Virus record (IMG/VR): IMGVR_UViG_3300037046_000301
Span: 1-45,740 of that record
Strand: one strand, 5' to 3'
DNA from: a virus
Lineage: Duplodnaviria; Caudoviricetes
DNA length: 45,740 nt
Part shown: in pieces, positions 10,772-21,222 of the stretch
Layout: every line of letters starts with the position of its first letter
How positions within the stretch are numbered: the first letter of the stretch is position 1
Notes under the pieces: model-generated
The model's database searches: none
Told to the model about the DNA's origin: nothing
The model's input: only the letters and a program-made list of their open reading frames with translations
Translations under genes and position numbers: made by a program

Positions 10772-11008
10772 TTATTTAGGAGAAGTGTTCGATGTGGAAG
10801 TCCCGTTGATCAGATAATTTACAATCAGCTTGAATTCTGACCATACATTAAAAGTCGGATTGGTAACAATCACGATAGAATGGCATTTTACCGGCTCGCT
10901 GTTTAAAGGCGGTAAAGCCAGGGAGTTGACATACAGAACACCCTCATGCAGATACATAGTATCTTTCTTGATGTTCAAAACTTCAATTTCATTAATTTCA
11001 GGATTCAT
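10772..11008 (-). CDS. Hypothetical protein
   Basis: 78 aa ORF in operon. Confidence 0.55.
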   Translation of the reverse strand: MNPEINEIEVLNIKKDTMYLHEGVLYVNSLALPPLNSEPVKCHSIVIVTNPTFNVWSEFKLIVNYLINGTSTSNTSPK

Positions 11009-11020
11009 AATTTTAAATAT

Positions 11021-11890
11021 TTAAGATTTAGGAACTTTTTCATCTTCTCTACGAAGCCACATATATACTGAAACATAAGGATTAAGAGAACTAGTAGATT
11101 TACCGGAAAAACTTGGAGCAGATACTGTACCCGATGCCCGGCCACCGGAAACTGCATCATGTTGGTGAGCTGCTAAGGCAGTGCCGGTAAAAGCGTGCGT
11201 ATGATTACTCGCACCCGCAGTTGTAGATAAACCACCGACAGCAACAGTAACACTTGGAACACCCAGTGAGCCGGCAGGAGTACCTGCTGATTTGGAAGAA
11301 TGAATATGGGTAGGCAAATTATTACCATTAAAAACAGGTTCGGAAACAGTACCCGTAGGAAGAAATTCTTTACTTCCGCCAGTTAAAAGAGATGTTTCAA
11401 AATCCCGATCATCAGGATCTACACCGATTAGCATTTTGCCTACGGCAAATCGTTCCCAGGAACCATAACCTAAAATAATATCAGGACTATCAGCATTTAT
11501 GGATAGGAATATGCTTCCTATCGGAAAAGCCTCAAAAGAATTGGGTTTGTTTAGAATAAAAGAATCTTCATTTTCATCTCTTTGGTCCCAATCTGACTGC
11601 ACGTTTCTTTCAGCATCAGGTGTAGCATGATCAGTGCCCGCATGATTTTTAGCTATGTCTATAGCATCACGTTCTGCACTTGTCATTATTTTGGCATCTT
11701 CCGATTCCTTCATATTCGCCATGCTGAAAGCATCTGCACCAACACCAATGGGGTCATAGACACTTTTAAACATATCCCCGCCGATCTGTCCCAGGTCACG
11801 GATACCCATCATAACCTGAGAAACAACAATCAGTTTTTGGGGAAACGAAATGTTTAATCGCAAGGCCGGTATAAGGATTGTTACTTCCAT
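11021..11890 (-). CDS. Short tail fibre/baseplate protein with gp10 C-terminal-like domain
   Basis: FPIGSIFLS..P..GYGSWERFAVGKMLIGVD, HxH repeats, NPYVSVYMWLR ending. Confidence 0.7.
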   Translation of the reverse strand: MEVTILIPALRLNISFPQKLIVVSQVMMGIRDLGQIGGDMFKSVYDPIGVGADAFSMANMKESEDAKIMTSAERDAIDIAKNHAGTDHATPDAERNVQSDWDQRDENEDSFILNKPNSFEAFPIGSIFLSINADSPDIILGYGSWERFAVGKMLIGVDPDDRDFETSLLTGGSKEFLPTGTVSEPVFNGNNLPTHIHSSKSAGTPAGSLGVPSVTVAVGGLSTTAGASNHTHAFTGTALAAHQHDAVSGGRASGTVSAPSFSGKSTSSLNPYVSVYMWLRREDEKVPKS

Positions 11891-11892
11891 GT

Positions 11893-12252
11893 TTAATTAC
11901 CTACCGCAACCATTTTAATAACAAATTCTTCACTGAGGGAAATGGTCGTTTGAAAGCCATCCTGTAATTCAGGGGCAATTTCCTGAATACTTGTTTGTAA
12001 TTGCATCTTTTTATTGGCAAGCAATTGCGTAACGGCGCTTTGTATCCACAACCTGACATGGGTAGGTTCAACAACCAGGTTATCAAACTGAGGATCATCC
12101 GGAAATTGATACGTTCTATGTACCACTTTTTCCGAATCTACAAGCATTATTTTGATTAGTTCCAACGTAGTTGGATCAATCACTGAGCCATCATAATTTT
12201 TAAGGATCAGATCAATGGCTATATCTTCTCCTGTGTATCTTGTTTGTGCCAT
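11893..12252 (-). CDS. Putative baseplate upper (BppU-N-like) protein
   Basis: YTGEDIAIDLILKNYDGSVIDPT pattern; adjacent to fibre gene. Confidence 0.45.
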   Translation of the reverse strand: MAQTRYTGEDIAIDLILKNYDGSVIDPTTLELIKIMLVDSEKVVHRTYQFPDDPQFDNLVVEPTHVRLWIQSAVTQLLANKKMQLQTSIQEIAPELQDGFQTTISLSEEFVIKMVAVGN

Positions 12253-13250
12253 TACGTCCAGAATGTTAGTTTACCGTCATTGTTTCTTATATGAGATTTA
12301 TTTGATGAATCATAAGCATTTGAAGCAGAATAAAGAGGATAGTCCTGAATATTTGTATGAAGGAAATCCTTTAGAAGTGACATATAATCATCCGCCGTAT
12401 CGCGGGCTAATTTGCTTATATTGAAACTCTCTTTCATATCAAGGGCTGCATCCTTTTTATGATCATACTGGCCACCGGTCGTAGTTTGATGAAATATTCC
12501 GTTGTCAGTGATTGAAATTCCAAGCTGAAGTATTCCTTTTGAAATTGCAAAACCGGCTATAGCCTTGCGTAAAAATTCTACTACTGGAATATTAGCTTCA
12601 GATAATGAATTATTCAGTAATTCATTTTTAAGAAGATCAAAAAAAGGCTTACCAATGACAGGAAGGATATGGAAGTTTTCAGCATCAATCATATATTTCC
12701 GTAATTTTAAGAATACAATCCGGCTGCCACCGATGGGAAAGCAATCATCAAATTGTGCGGTTGTATGAATAAAGTTTTGTTTGAAGATGGTATAATTCTG
12801 CGAGCTTGCAAAAAGCGGAAAAGATTCAATGTTATTTTCAAGGTATTCAAGGACTGCATCAAGTCCATTAAAACCATCGGTTTTAAACATTTGCTTTAAT
12901 TCCGCTTCCTGGTATTTAAATAGTGGCTTTTGAACATCGGTTTCATTTCTGTAGGCTCCTCCATCCCCTATTTTAGCTACCAAAATTGGAAAACCTCTGA
13001 AATAGGCAAGGTTGATTAAGGATTTTTGAACCAATTTAAGAAGATCACCCAGGTGGGATTCAGGTTCGACATGATCCTCATAATACTCAACCAACTCATA
13101 GTACTGTGCATCCCCAAGAAGTTTTTTGATGTACTCAGCTTCAGCAGTTTCAATATACGGCTTAATCGTAATGAAATTGGTTGTTACATTGACGGAAATA
13201 TACTTTTTAATTTCCTCTCCTTTGATATTTTTTATTTCATTGAATAACAT
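12252..13250 (-). CDS. Conserved phage protein (DUF6712-like, possible head-tail connector)
   Basis: 332 aa with internal two-fold repeat, directly after portal-like gene. Confidence 0.55.
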   Translation of the reverse strand: MLFNEIKNIKGEEIKKYISVNVTTNFITIKPYIETAEAEYIKKLLGDAQYYELVEYYEDHVEPESHLGDLLKLVQKSLINLAYFRGFPILVAKIGDGGAYRNETDVQKPLFKYQEAELKQMFKTDGFNGLDAVLEYLENNIESFPLFASSQNYTIFKQNFIHTTAQFDDCFPIGGSRIVFLKLRKYMIDAENFHILPVIGKPFFDLLKNELLNNSLSEANIPVVEFLRKAIAGFAISKGILQLGISITDNGIFHQTTTGGQYDHKKDAALDMKESFNISKLARDTADDYMSLLKDFLHTNIQDYPLYSASNAYDSSNKSHIRNNDGKLTFWT

Positions 13251-14635
13251 TAGCTTACTATTTTTTGAGTTCCTTTACCCTGATCGAGTGTAGTTAAGAT
13301 TGTATTACGGAAGCGTAGTTCCACGTCTTTAATGCCATTGTAGGAAAGAAAAGTTTCAAGCGGATCAAGAATGTTTTGTCTATCCAACCATGCAAGTGCG
13401 ACATTTACAAGGAATGACTCCCTGATGTCCGAACCTCCGGTTTTACCTGCATAAGGACCTGCCCCAGGCAGTCCGGCACCCATTACAGTTGGATTGACAC
13501 CGATTGAAAAAAGGATATTGCTGTCAGCCACAGCAGATTCAATCATTTGCTGATCACTTTTATACTTATTGTCAAGGGCTTCGATAACCCATTGTTCTTC
13601 GGGCTTGCCTGAATGATTGACTTCAAACATTGAAAAAATAGCCTTCCTGGCAGCTTCAGTACCGGTCAGGTTTTTTTCAATGAGATCCATGTCAGCCTGA
13701 ATTAATGCCTCTCTTTCCTTTTGGAGCTTGTATTGATTAGGTGGATAGCGCCTTTCCCAATAGGCATAAGGAATTTTAACATGCCAAAGCCAGGAAATCT
13801 GATTGTTGTAAACATTCTTCAGGAACTCAGGAATTTTTGCGCTTATATCAAACCAACCTGCGTTGTATGCCGTCAACCAGTCAGGGGTTGGGTAATAGTC
13901 GTTATTGGAAAAATAATTACCGATAGGATAAATAAAATTATTTCCGGAAAGTTTGCGAGAAAGGCGAAGTCTTTCCAGATCAGCATCAGGATCATAGGAA
14001 TCTAAAACAGCCAATAAAGAATAGTCAGATTTTTCAGCCGGAGTCACTGCTGATTTACCATCAGGCGAAGTAAATTTAGCGGAGGCCACCAGGCCGGAGA
14101 TTAATCCATTTTTGGCTTCAATGAAACGGCAGTGCCTGGCGTTGATTGTATTAATGCCTACTATTTGGGAGGCATCCTTATTGAATATTAATTCTGGAAA
14201 GGAAATCCCATACTTCAGTACATCACGATAAGAATTTTGAAGGTATCTTCTCACCATGCGGCTACGAACAAAATTCTTTATGACAGGATCGGAAAGAATT
14301 TCTAAAATTTCATCTCCTGAATCATTAAAGCCGGTAACGCGGCAGGGGAATATCCCCTGCCCCATGAAGAGCTGCAATTTGTACTTGAGGCCTGACCAAA
14401 GGACGACACTGGAAGATATTTTAGCTTCAGCTAAAATAGGAAAGTCATTGTTTGTCCCCCAGGGGCAAACTTTAACTTTTTCATTATCTGCCAATGAAAA
14501 AGAAAGATCCGCATCCTGGATGGGATTTGACGGGGTAGCATCCTTATTTAATGGACCACCAACTGAGGAAAAGAAATATTCTTTTCCGTAACCAAGCAAT
14601 GGGTATCCATCACTATTAAATAATACTTCTGCCAT
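13250..14635 (-). CDS. Putative portal protein
   Basis: 461 aa; PWGTNNDFP, YYPTPDW and GGSDIRESFL motifs; size and position. Confidence 0.65.
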   Translation of the reverse strand: MAEVLFNSDGYPLLGYGKEYFFSSVGGPLNKDATPSNPIQDADLSFSLADNEKVKVCPWGTNNDFPILAEAKISSSVVLWSGLKYKLQLFMGQGIFPCRVTGFNDSGDEILEILSDPVIKNFVRSRMVRRYLQNSYRDVLKYGISFPELIFNKDASQIVGINTINARHCRFIEAKNGLISGLVASAKFTSPDGKSAVTPAEKSDYSLLAVLDSYDPDADLERLRLSRKLSGNNFIYPIGNYFSNNDYYPTPDWLTAYNAGWFDISAKIPEFLKNVYNNQISWLWHVKIPYAYWERRYPPNQYKLQKEREALIQADMDLIEKNLTGTEAARKAIFSMFEVNHSGKPEEQWVIEALDNKYKSDQQMIESAVADSNILFSIGVNPTVMGAGLPGAGPYAGKTGGSDIRESFLVNVALAWLDRQNILDPLETFLSYNGIKDVELRFRNTILTTLDQGKGTQKIVS

Positions 14636-14913
14636 TAGTAAGTAACTTTAAATCCATTGTACTCAATGATATTCCAGATTTTAACAGGGGTTGGATGGCC
14701 AATCCAATCGTTTTGATCATCTACGGCCACAACACCACGGAAAGCATTTTCAAGTAAATTCATCCTGGCTAATCCTACCTTAATAGATTTTCGGATGAAT
14801 ACCAATTCACCATCCTTTTTAATGAATTTGATTGAAAATGTAATGGGCTTTCCGGAAGGAGTCAATTTTGAGTCCAGATCAGCGAGGGCAGCGGAAAGTT
14901 TTATTGTACCCAT
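14635..14913 (-). CDS. Small conserved phage protein preceding portal
   Basis: 92 aa, 1-bp overlap with portal start. Confidence 0.65.
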   Translation of the reverse strand: MGTIKLSAALADLDSKLTPSGKPITFSIKFIKKDGELVFIRKSIKVGLARMNLLENAFRGVVAVDDQNDWIGHPTPVKIWNIIEYNGFKVTY

Positions 14914-14920
14914 GAGGATA

Positions 14921-14956
14921 CAAACATATTACAAGGCTTACCCTAAAAAAAGGACA
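14921..14956 (-). promoter_or_regulatory. Putative phage late promoter (TGTCCTTT-N20-TATGTTTG)
   Basis: Same motif and spacing at 32469-32504 and 37162-37197. Confidence 0.65.
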
Positions 14957-15001
14957 GTATATTATTAATATCAAATTTCTTTTTATTAATTACATTTATG
15001 T

Positions 15002-15009
15002 TAAATTTG
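15002..15009 (+). promoter_or_regulatory. Bacteroidota -7 promoter box TAAATTTG
   Basis: Matches TAnnTTTG, 21 nt before ATG 15031. Confidence 0.5.
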
Positions 15010-15030
15010 CTTGGTTCTTTTCCATTGTTT

Positions 15031-15909
15031 ATGAAGAAAATATATTTCCTTTTAATATTTATGCTTGGTTCAGTTTTTTCATTTTCCCAGAAAATAGAAA
15101 ATGTACATGTTGAACAACAGGGAAAACAAGTTGTAATAAATTATGATATTACAGGAGCGCAAGCAGAACAAACGTTTGAAGTAAGTCTGTTATATTCACA
15201 GAATGGTTATGATTGGAAACAGGCAACTAAAGGATTAACCGGAGACATAGGAACAATTGCCCATACAGTGATGAAAAATACCATAACATGGGATGCTTTG
15301 CAGGATGTTAATAAGCTTGTTGGAACAGGGTTTATGTTTAAAGTAAAGGTTAATGTAAATAGTAGAAATATTAATATCAGTTCTTTTAAAGATAGCAGGG
15401 ATAACAAAATCTACAAAACGGTAAAAATTGGGAATCAAACTTGGATGGCAGAAAATCTTAACTATAAAACAAGCAGTGGAAGTTGGTGTTATAATGATTT
15501 TAGTAGCAATTGCCAAACATACGGTAGGTTATACAATTGGGAAACAGCCAAAACGGTTTGTCCTGATGGCTGGCATTTGGCCTCAGATGATGAATGGACA
15601 GAATTGATTGATTTTCTCGGTGGGCCAAGAATAGCTGGAGGAAAGATGAAACAAAATGGTACAACTTTCTGGAAAACCCCTAATAAAGGTGAGAAAAATG
15701 GTAGCGGATTTTTAGCTTTACCTGGGGGTGATCGCGACTATAATGGTAAATTCGGCAATATGGGTTACCATGCAAGTTTTTGGTCTTCTACAGAGGATTA
15801 TTCCATTGGCGCCTGGCTCAGACTTTTGTACTATGATGACACAAATGTACTCCGCTACAGTTATAATCTGGACTTCGGTTATAGTGTTCGTTGCGTTAAG
15901 GATAAATAG
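15031..15909 (+). CDS. Secreted FISUMP (Fibrobacter succinogenes major paralogous) domain protein
   Basis: Signal peptide MKKIYFLL...; DSRDNKIYKTVKIGNQTWMAENLNY, YGRLYNWE, CPDGWHL, GYSVRCVKD. Confidence 0.88.
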   Translation: MKKIYFLLIFMLGSVFSFSQKIENVHVEQQGKQVVINYDITGAQAEQTFEVSLLYSQNGYDWKQATKGLTGDIGTIAHTVMKNTITWDALQDVNKLVGTGFMFKVKVNVNSRNINISSFKDSRDNKIYKTVKIGNQTWMAENLNYKTSSGSWCYNDFSSNCQTYGRLYNWETAKTVCPDGWHLASDDEWTELIDFLGGPRIAGGKMKQNGTTFWKTPNKGEKNGSGFLALPGGDRDYNGKFGNMGYHASFWSSTEDYSIGAWLRLLYYDDTNVLRYSYNLDFGYSVRCVKDK

Positions 15910-16084
15910 TCAAATATTTGACATTTCGTCAAAATGTTAAATGGTTAGTTATAATTACGTGCAAGAAAGAAAGGAGATAAGGATCTTTTATTCCGGGAAT
16001 AAAAGGATGCGGCAATCTTGTGACAACAAACGTTCTATTTATCTCAGCCTTTGTTCAAAATTTTTAAATAAATATTCAATTAAT

Positions 16085-17794
16085 ATGAGTTCAATGACAT
16101 CCATATCGACTAGACTAATTTTTAGTGTAGGATTTTGTATTTTACTATTTGTCATAAATAGCTATTCTCAAACTACGATTGAAGGAATAAGTAATAAAGT
16201 TGATTTAAATATAACCAAAGATCCTCCAGTACTATTGTTATCGGATGGATCATTAAAATTTACAGACCAGAATGGCAATAATTGCATTGATGCAAATGAA
16301 ATGGTTAAGATTTCTTTTGAAGTAGAGAACAGGGGTAAAGGAGAGGCTTCAGGATTAACTTTAAACGTAAGTGAAACAGGCAATATTGGTGGGTTGTCAT
16401 TCGGAAAAATAGCATCGAAAGGCAATCTTTCAACTAGCACTAAGAAAACAATTGAAATACCAATCACTGGTGATATGAATTTAAAAACAGGTGTTGCCAA
16501 TTTCGTCATCAAACTTGATGAGGAAGGTGGATTCGGTTTAGATGAGATGCAAATGGAAGTAAAAACAATGGCTTTTGTCAATCCGGTTGTTAAAATTCCC
16601 GATTATACTATTACAAGCGAGATCGGAAATACTCTTAATAGAAAGAAGCCTTTCGATCTTCAGATTTTGATTCAAAATGTTGGAAAAGGAATTGCAGAAA
16701 GTGTTAGAATTGATATGAGTATTCCACAGAACGTATTATGTTTCTCAGGGAATGAGACTACTCAATTTGATAAGATTATTTCAGGTGAAACGCAAACCAT
16801 AGTATACAGCTTAATCGTGAACGAGAGATATTTAGCAAGCAGTATTCCCGTTGAATTCAAACTCTCTGAAAAATATGGCAAATATGCCGAGAATAAAACT
16901 ATAACCCTTGAACTGAACCAAGCGATGGCAGCATCAAAATTGATAGTAGAGAGTTCGGTTATTGCTGATAATACACTTATTTCTGAAGCCTATCTTGGTT
17001 CTGATGTGGACAAAAATATCCCTTTCAACAGCATGGACAAACCCAACACTTATGCACTTATTATTGGAAATGAAGATTATTATTCTTTTCAGTCCGGACT
17101 AAGTAGAGAGATCAATGTGGACTATGCAATGAATGATGCCAGAACGATTAAGGAATATTGTAGTAAAACGCTTGGTATTCCAGATAAGCAGATCATGTTG
17201 CTTACAAATGCAACGACAGGAAAAATGAACCAGGGAATTACATGGCTTAGTAATCTTGCTAAAGTTGACAATGGCAAGGCAGAATTGATTTTCTATTACT
17301 CCGGTCATGGTTTACCTGATGAAGTTACTAAAGAAGCATACCTGATTCCGGTTGATGTCAGCGGAAGCAACCTTACAGAAGGTATTAAACTTGCTGATGT
17401 ATATAGCAAACTGAGCGAGTATCCAGCGCAGAAAGTAACCGTATTTTTAGATGCCTGTTTCAGTGGTGGCGCCCGTAATCAGGGATTGATTGCACAGAAA
17501 AGTGTTAAAATAAAACCAAAAGAAAACCTGATTACCGGCAATATGGTTGTGTTTACATCAAGTACAGGAGAAGAATCGTCCGGCGTTTACCGGGAGAAAC
17601 AGCACGGATATATGACTTACTATCTTCTGAAAAAACTACAGGAAACCAAAGGGGACATTACCTATGGGGAATTGGCAAACTATATTACCGATAAAGTTAC
17701 CAAGGAAACAGCATTAAGTGGAAAAACTCAAACACCGCAGGTGATTTATAGTTCAGCTATTGAAAATACTTGGACAAACTGGATGATAAAATAA
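16085..17794 (+). CDS. Secreted caspase-family (peptidase C14) protein with N-terminal Ig-like domains
   Basis: YALIIGNEDY, YYSGHG and DACFSG catalytic His/Cys motifs; start uncertain (ORF open from 15941). Confidence 0.85.
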   Translation: MSSMTSISTRLIFSVGFCILLFVINSYSQTTIEGISNKVDLNITKDPPVLLLSDGSLKFTDQNGNNCIDANEMVKISFEVENRGKGEASGLTLNVSETGNIGGLSFGKIASKGNLSTSTKKTIEIPITGDMNLKTGVANFVIKLDEEGGFGLDEMQMEVKTMAFVNPVVKIPDYTITSEIGNTLNRKKPFDLQILIQNVGKGIAESVRIDMSIPQNVLCFSGNETTQFDKIISGETQTIVYSLIVNERYLASSIPVEFKLSEKYGKYAENKTITLELNQAMAASKLIVESSVIADNTLISEAYLGSDVDKNIPFNSMDKPNTYALIIGNEDYYSFQSGLSREINVDYAMNDARTIKEYCSKTLGIPDKQIMLLTNATTGKMNQGITWLSNLAKVDNGKAELIFYYSGHGLPDEVTKEAYLIPVDVSGSNLTEGIKLADVYSKLSEYPAQKVTVFLDACFSGGARNQGLIAQKSVKIKPKENLITGNMVVFTSSTGEESSGVYREKQHGYMTYYLLKKLQETKGDITYGELANYITDKVTKETALSGKTQTPQVIYSSAIENTWTNWMIK

Positions 17795-17855
17795 TTTTTC
17801 AATTAAGAGAAGCTAAAGCTTTTCAATATCGTATGACACGAGTCGATAGAATGGC

Positions 17856-18791
17856 CTAAATTGAAATTGAAAATGGTAATGATTTAATATAGTTTTCCAT
17901 AAAATCAAAGTCTGGTTTGCCTGCGATATCAACAGGCAATTTTATTCTGGATTTATTCATCTTTCCAGTTTCCCATTTTCTGCCATAGTTAAACCGAAAT
18001 TTTTCTAACCGGATTAATGTTATTAGAAAGAATGCAATGTATTTGTTTAGTTTAAATTTTGAATATAGAACATTTACATCGTCACTTGCCCAGAAGGGAT
18101 TAGGTTGATAAAATGATTCCCCAACAGAACCATTATAATTCACAGTGATTGTATTGCCTTGATGTATTGGCTCTTGCCCAATAAAATCTCTATAACCATT
18201 ATTTGAATCTATTGCACCAATGAAGGGTGTGTTTCCAGGAATGAAATCTTCCTTTGTTAATCGTTTGCCCTTTTTTATGTCAAATAGTTCGTTGTAATTA
18301 AAGTATTTCCAATTACTAGTATTTAGATTAAGGGTTTTATTTTGTGCACTTTTTTTTGAAGGAATACTTGGTATTTGGATTTTTTCAACCCAAACAGGGA
18401 TTTCTGAAACACTTGGAATTAAAATATCTCCTAATGTTTTATTTGCTTGTCTACCGTAGCTATAACGATATTTGTTTGCTCGTATGCACAGACAATAAAA
18501 CAACTTTTGTTTTTCTGATAATTCTATTTTAGGGCGTAAACAAAATATATGATAGCTAGTATAAAAATCCGATGTCTGTAAAAAAGTTTCTAATACAGAC
18601 CCTCCAAGTGAAACAGTTATCAAGCCTGCTTTAAACGGCTCAACATCAATTAACTTTTCAACTTTTGCTGATACTCCGTTATTTTTGGCAGTTCGAGAAA
18701 TAAAATTTATACCTGTCTTATTTATAGACAATCTGTTTAGTTCAAATCCATTACCATAGGTAATGTCAAATATGTTTGACAATTTTTCCAT
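17856..18791 (-). CDS. Restriction-modification specificity (S) subunit, BcgI-beta-like
   Basis: Two repeated TRD halves (FISRTAKNNG..YSYGR; FIGAIDSNNG..FNYGR). Confidence 0.8.
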   Translation of the reverse strand: MEKLSNIFDITYGNGFELNRLSINKTGINFISRTAKNNGVSAKVEKLIDVEPFKAGLITVSLGGSVLETFLQTSDFYTSYHIFCLRPKIELSEKQKLFYCLCIRANKYRYSYGRQANKTLGDILIPSVSEIPVWVEKIQIPSIPSKKSAQNKTLNLNTSNWKYFNYNELFDIKKGKRLTKEDFIPGNTPFIGAIDSNNGYRDFIGQEPIHQGNTITVNYNGSVGESFYQPNPFWASDDVNVLYSKFKLNKYIAFFLITLIRLEKFRFNYGRKWETGKMNKSRIKLPVDIAGKPDFDFMENYIKSLPFSISI

Positions 18792-18793
18792 TT

Positions 18794-20605
18794 CTAATTA
18801 TTTAAAAATTGAAAAGCTATGTAGTTTTTGATGACATCAATAAAATTGTTTTCATTCATCTCCGAATAATCCGTTTCCATATATGCTTCAGCACACCATT
18901 CATCTTCAGCATTAACTTCTTTTATTACGCTATGACCTACAATTACTTCTTTGTTCAAATAAGCATTAACCCATTGCTTTTTTATCTCATGCCATTTTCC
19001 TTTTGCATCAATTCTGCCTTTGTTTTTAACTTTAACAAATCCATCGTCTTTCCAGTAACCAAACCAAGTTTTTTTACCTTTTGGATGTGGAATATGTGAA
19101 GTAAAAACCATTGTACAAGTAACAACCCCGACTTTTGAATTATGAAATAATTCGTCTGGCATTGACATAACAGCCTCTAAAGTATGATTTTCTAAAATTT
19201 TTGTTTTCCAACTTAGCATTTCTCCACTTTGTGCCAAAGCACAGCTCATTGGAACGATTGCAATGCACTTACCTTTCTTTTGAAGCATTTCAAGATTGTT
19301 CCATATAAAAGCAAACTCTTCTATATCTTCCTTCTTAATTGCATATGGAGGATTTAGTAAACCTACATTTGGTTTAAATTTATCTTTTATTTGTTTTGCT
19401 GTATCATCTTCAAAACAATCTCCAAGCATAATATTGCTTTTACCATCATTGTGAATAATCATATTAGATACAGCCAATGCGTAAATTTCATCTTGAAATT
19501 CAATACCGATAATTTGTTTCAATTTTATTTTATCAATTAGTTTCTTTTGACCATTCGCAAACGCAATCATTTTTTTCATTCCACTGATCAGGAAACCACA
19601 AGTTCCGCAGCAATTATCTAATAGGATACTGTCAACATTTAATTCAGCTAAATCGCAAAATAATTCTGTAATATGAGGGGGGGTTAGAACAATACCTAAT
19701 CCCTTATCATTATTAGCATACCTAAGAAACTCAATATAAAACTGTCCAAGCGTGTCAAAATATTTGTGCGTTTTTATAAATGAATTTACTTTTAAGTCAA
19801 TGTCAGAAATTAAATTTTCAAAAAAATGCTTGTTGGTTGTTAAAGTTGTATTTGAGTCAATAAAGGAATACGCTGTTTCCAATTTATTTATTTTGTCAAC
19901 AGGAATATTGGAATTTTTTAATTGCGTTTTAATTGTAAAAAAAATAGCTCCAGCCAAGTCTTTTGCTTTTATGTGTTTAGTGTAACTATTATGAAAAGCT
20001 ATATCTTGTAACGCAATCAAAATACCACTAATTAATAAACTTCTTTGAGATTCCTTTATCTTCTTTATGTGAAGAAGGTTGTTTAGTTCCTTTGTATAAG
20101 CCAATAAGTTTTCGTAATCCTGTTTGAATTTCCTCTCATCATTTATATATGCGTTGTAGTAATCATCAAAATTCAAAATCTTATTCTTGACGAATGAAAA
20201 TGGTTTATTGTCCTTTTTCAAATTCAAAAACTGAGAAATTCTAAACTCGGATATTTTTTCTCCACTAACTGCAATAGCAATTACATCATACTCTTTACTT
20301 AAAAAGGAAGCATATAATAATACTCCATCAACAGCATATTCAGAATACTTATCACGAGTTTTCGATTCGTGTTTTTTAAAGTCTGCTTTACATTCAATAA
20401 CAATAATAAGATCGCTGTATTTTTCTGACTGAATAATAAATTCCGGATATCCTTTGCTACCTCCTTTTTTAGATGCATTTTTTAATAGCTTATCAATTTT
20501 AGGATTATCGCATTGTTGTTCATAAACATTAACCCCTTTTTTATAATATCCGAGTTTGGTAAGTGTTTCCCGGACAATCTTTTCAGTTTTCCTTTCGTTC
20601 GCCAT
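18794..20605 (-). CDS. Fused endonuclease/N6-adenine methyltransferase (type IIB, BcgI-alpha-like)
   Basis: N-terminal YPEF..IECK nuclease motif; DNCCGTCGF motif I; NPPY motif IV. Confidence 0.85.
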   Translation of the reverse strand: MANERKTEKIVRETLTKLGYYKKGVNVYEQQCDNPKIDKLLKNASKKGGSKGYPEFIIQSEKYSDLIIVIECKADFKKHESKTRDKYSEYAVDGVLLYASFLSKEYDVIAIAVSGEKISEFRISQFLNLKKDNKPFSFVKNKILNFDDYYNAYINDERKFKQDYENLLAYTKELNNLLHIKKIKESQRSLLISGILIALQDIAFHNSYTKHIKAKDLAGAIFFTIKTQLKNSNIPVDKINKLETAYSFIDSNTTLTTNKHFFENLISDIDLKVNSFIKTHKYFDTLGQFYIEFLRYANNDKGLGIVLTPPHITELFCDLAELNVDSILLDNCCGTCGFLISGMKKMIAFANGQKKLIDKIKLKQIIGIEFQDEIYALAVSNMIIHNDGKSNIMLGDCFEDDTAKQIKDKFKPNVGLLNPPYAIKKEDIEEFAFIWNNLEMLQKKGKCIAIVPMSCALAQSGEMLSWKTKILENHTLEAVMSMPDELFHNSKVGVVTCTMVFTSHIPHPKGKKTWFGYWKDDGFVKVKNKGRIDAKGKWHEIKKQWVNAYLNKEVIVGHSVIKEVNAEDEWCAEAYMETDYSEMNENNFIDVIKNYIAFQFLNN

Positions 20606-20619
20606 AATGCAGGTAGTAT

Positions 20620-20943
20620 TTAAAAGTTAAAGCTTCCTTGCTTTATTTTTATTGATTTGTAATACTTTGCTTTTTCTTCTGCCAACTGAAATACTGTTTC
20701 AGGGCATTTGTATTTGTAACAATCTTCCGCAAATTTCTCGCTGAAGTATTGCTTCTTTATATCAGCGACATCAACTTTAAGCGCCTTGGCAAGTAGTTGT
20801 AATTTTTCTTCTTTCAATTCCTTTTTCCCATTTTCAACCTTACTTATGCCCCCACTGTCAAGCCCTATTTTAGCTGCAAGTTCAGTTTGATTTAGCCCCT
20901 TTTCAGTTCTAAGCCGCCGTATGTAATCTCCGAAACTTTCCAT
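20620..20943 (-). CDS. XRE-family HTH regulator (possible RM controller)
   Basis: FGDYIRRLRTEKGLNQTELAAKIG..ISKVENG; start at ATG 20943. Confidence 0.85.
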   Translation of the reverse strand: MESFGDYIRRLRTEKGLNQTELAAKIGLDSGGISKVENGKKELKEEKLQLLAKALKVDVADIKKQYFSEKFAEDCYKYKCPETVFQLAEEKAKYYKSIKIKQGSFNF

Positions 20944-21222
20944 TTTTAACCTTGTCAATTTAACCTTGGTAATTTTTGACAAATATAAATATTATTTTGA
21001 ATAGGGTGGTTGAAAATTTTTAGCTCCTTTTGGTCTCGGAGCAATCACCCGTGCGATGGTGCAACCAAATAAACGAAAAGCGATTCAAGTTAATTAATTG
21101 CTTACACAAGAGGTTGTACCAAGCAAATGTATAAATAAAATTTACTTATGGAGTTGAAAAATATATTATTATTGATATTTGATGAACAAAAAAAAGGGAG
21201 AGACCAGAGATTAGCTGATTTA

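Noticed and set aside
691-14591. Many short + strand ORFs opposite structural genes
   Set aside because: Antisense shadows of long minus-strand genes
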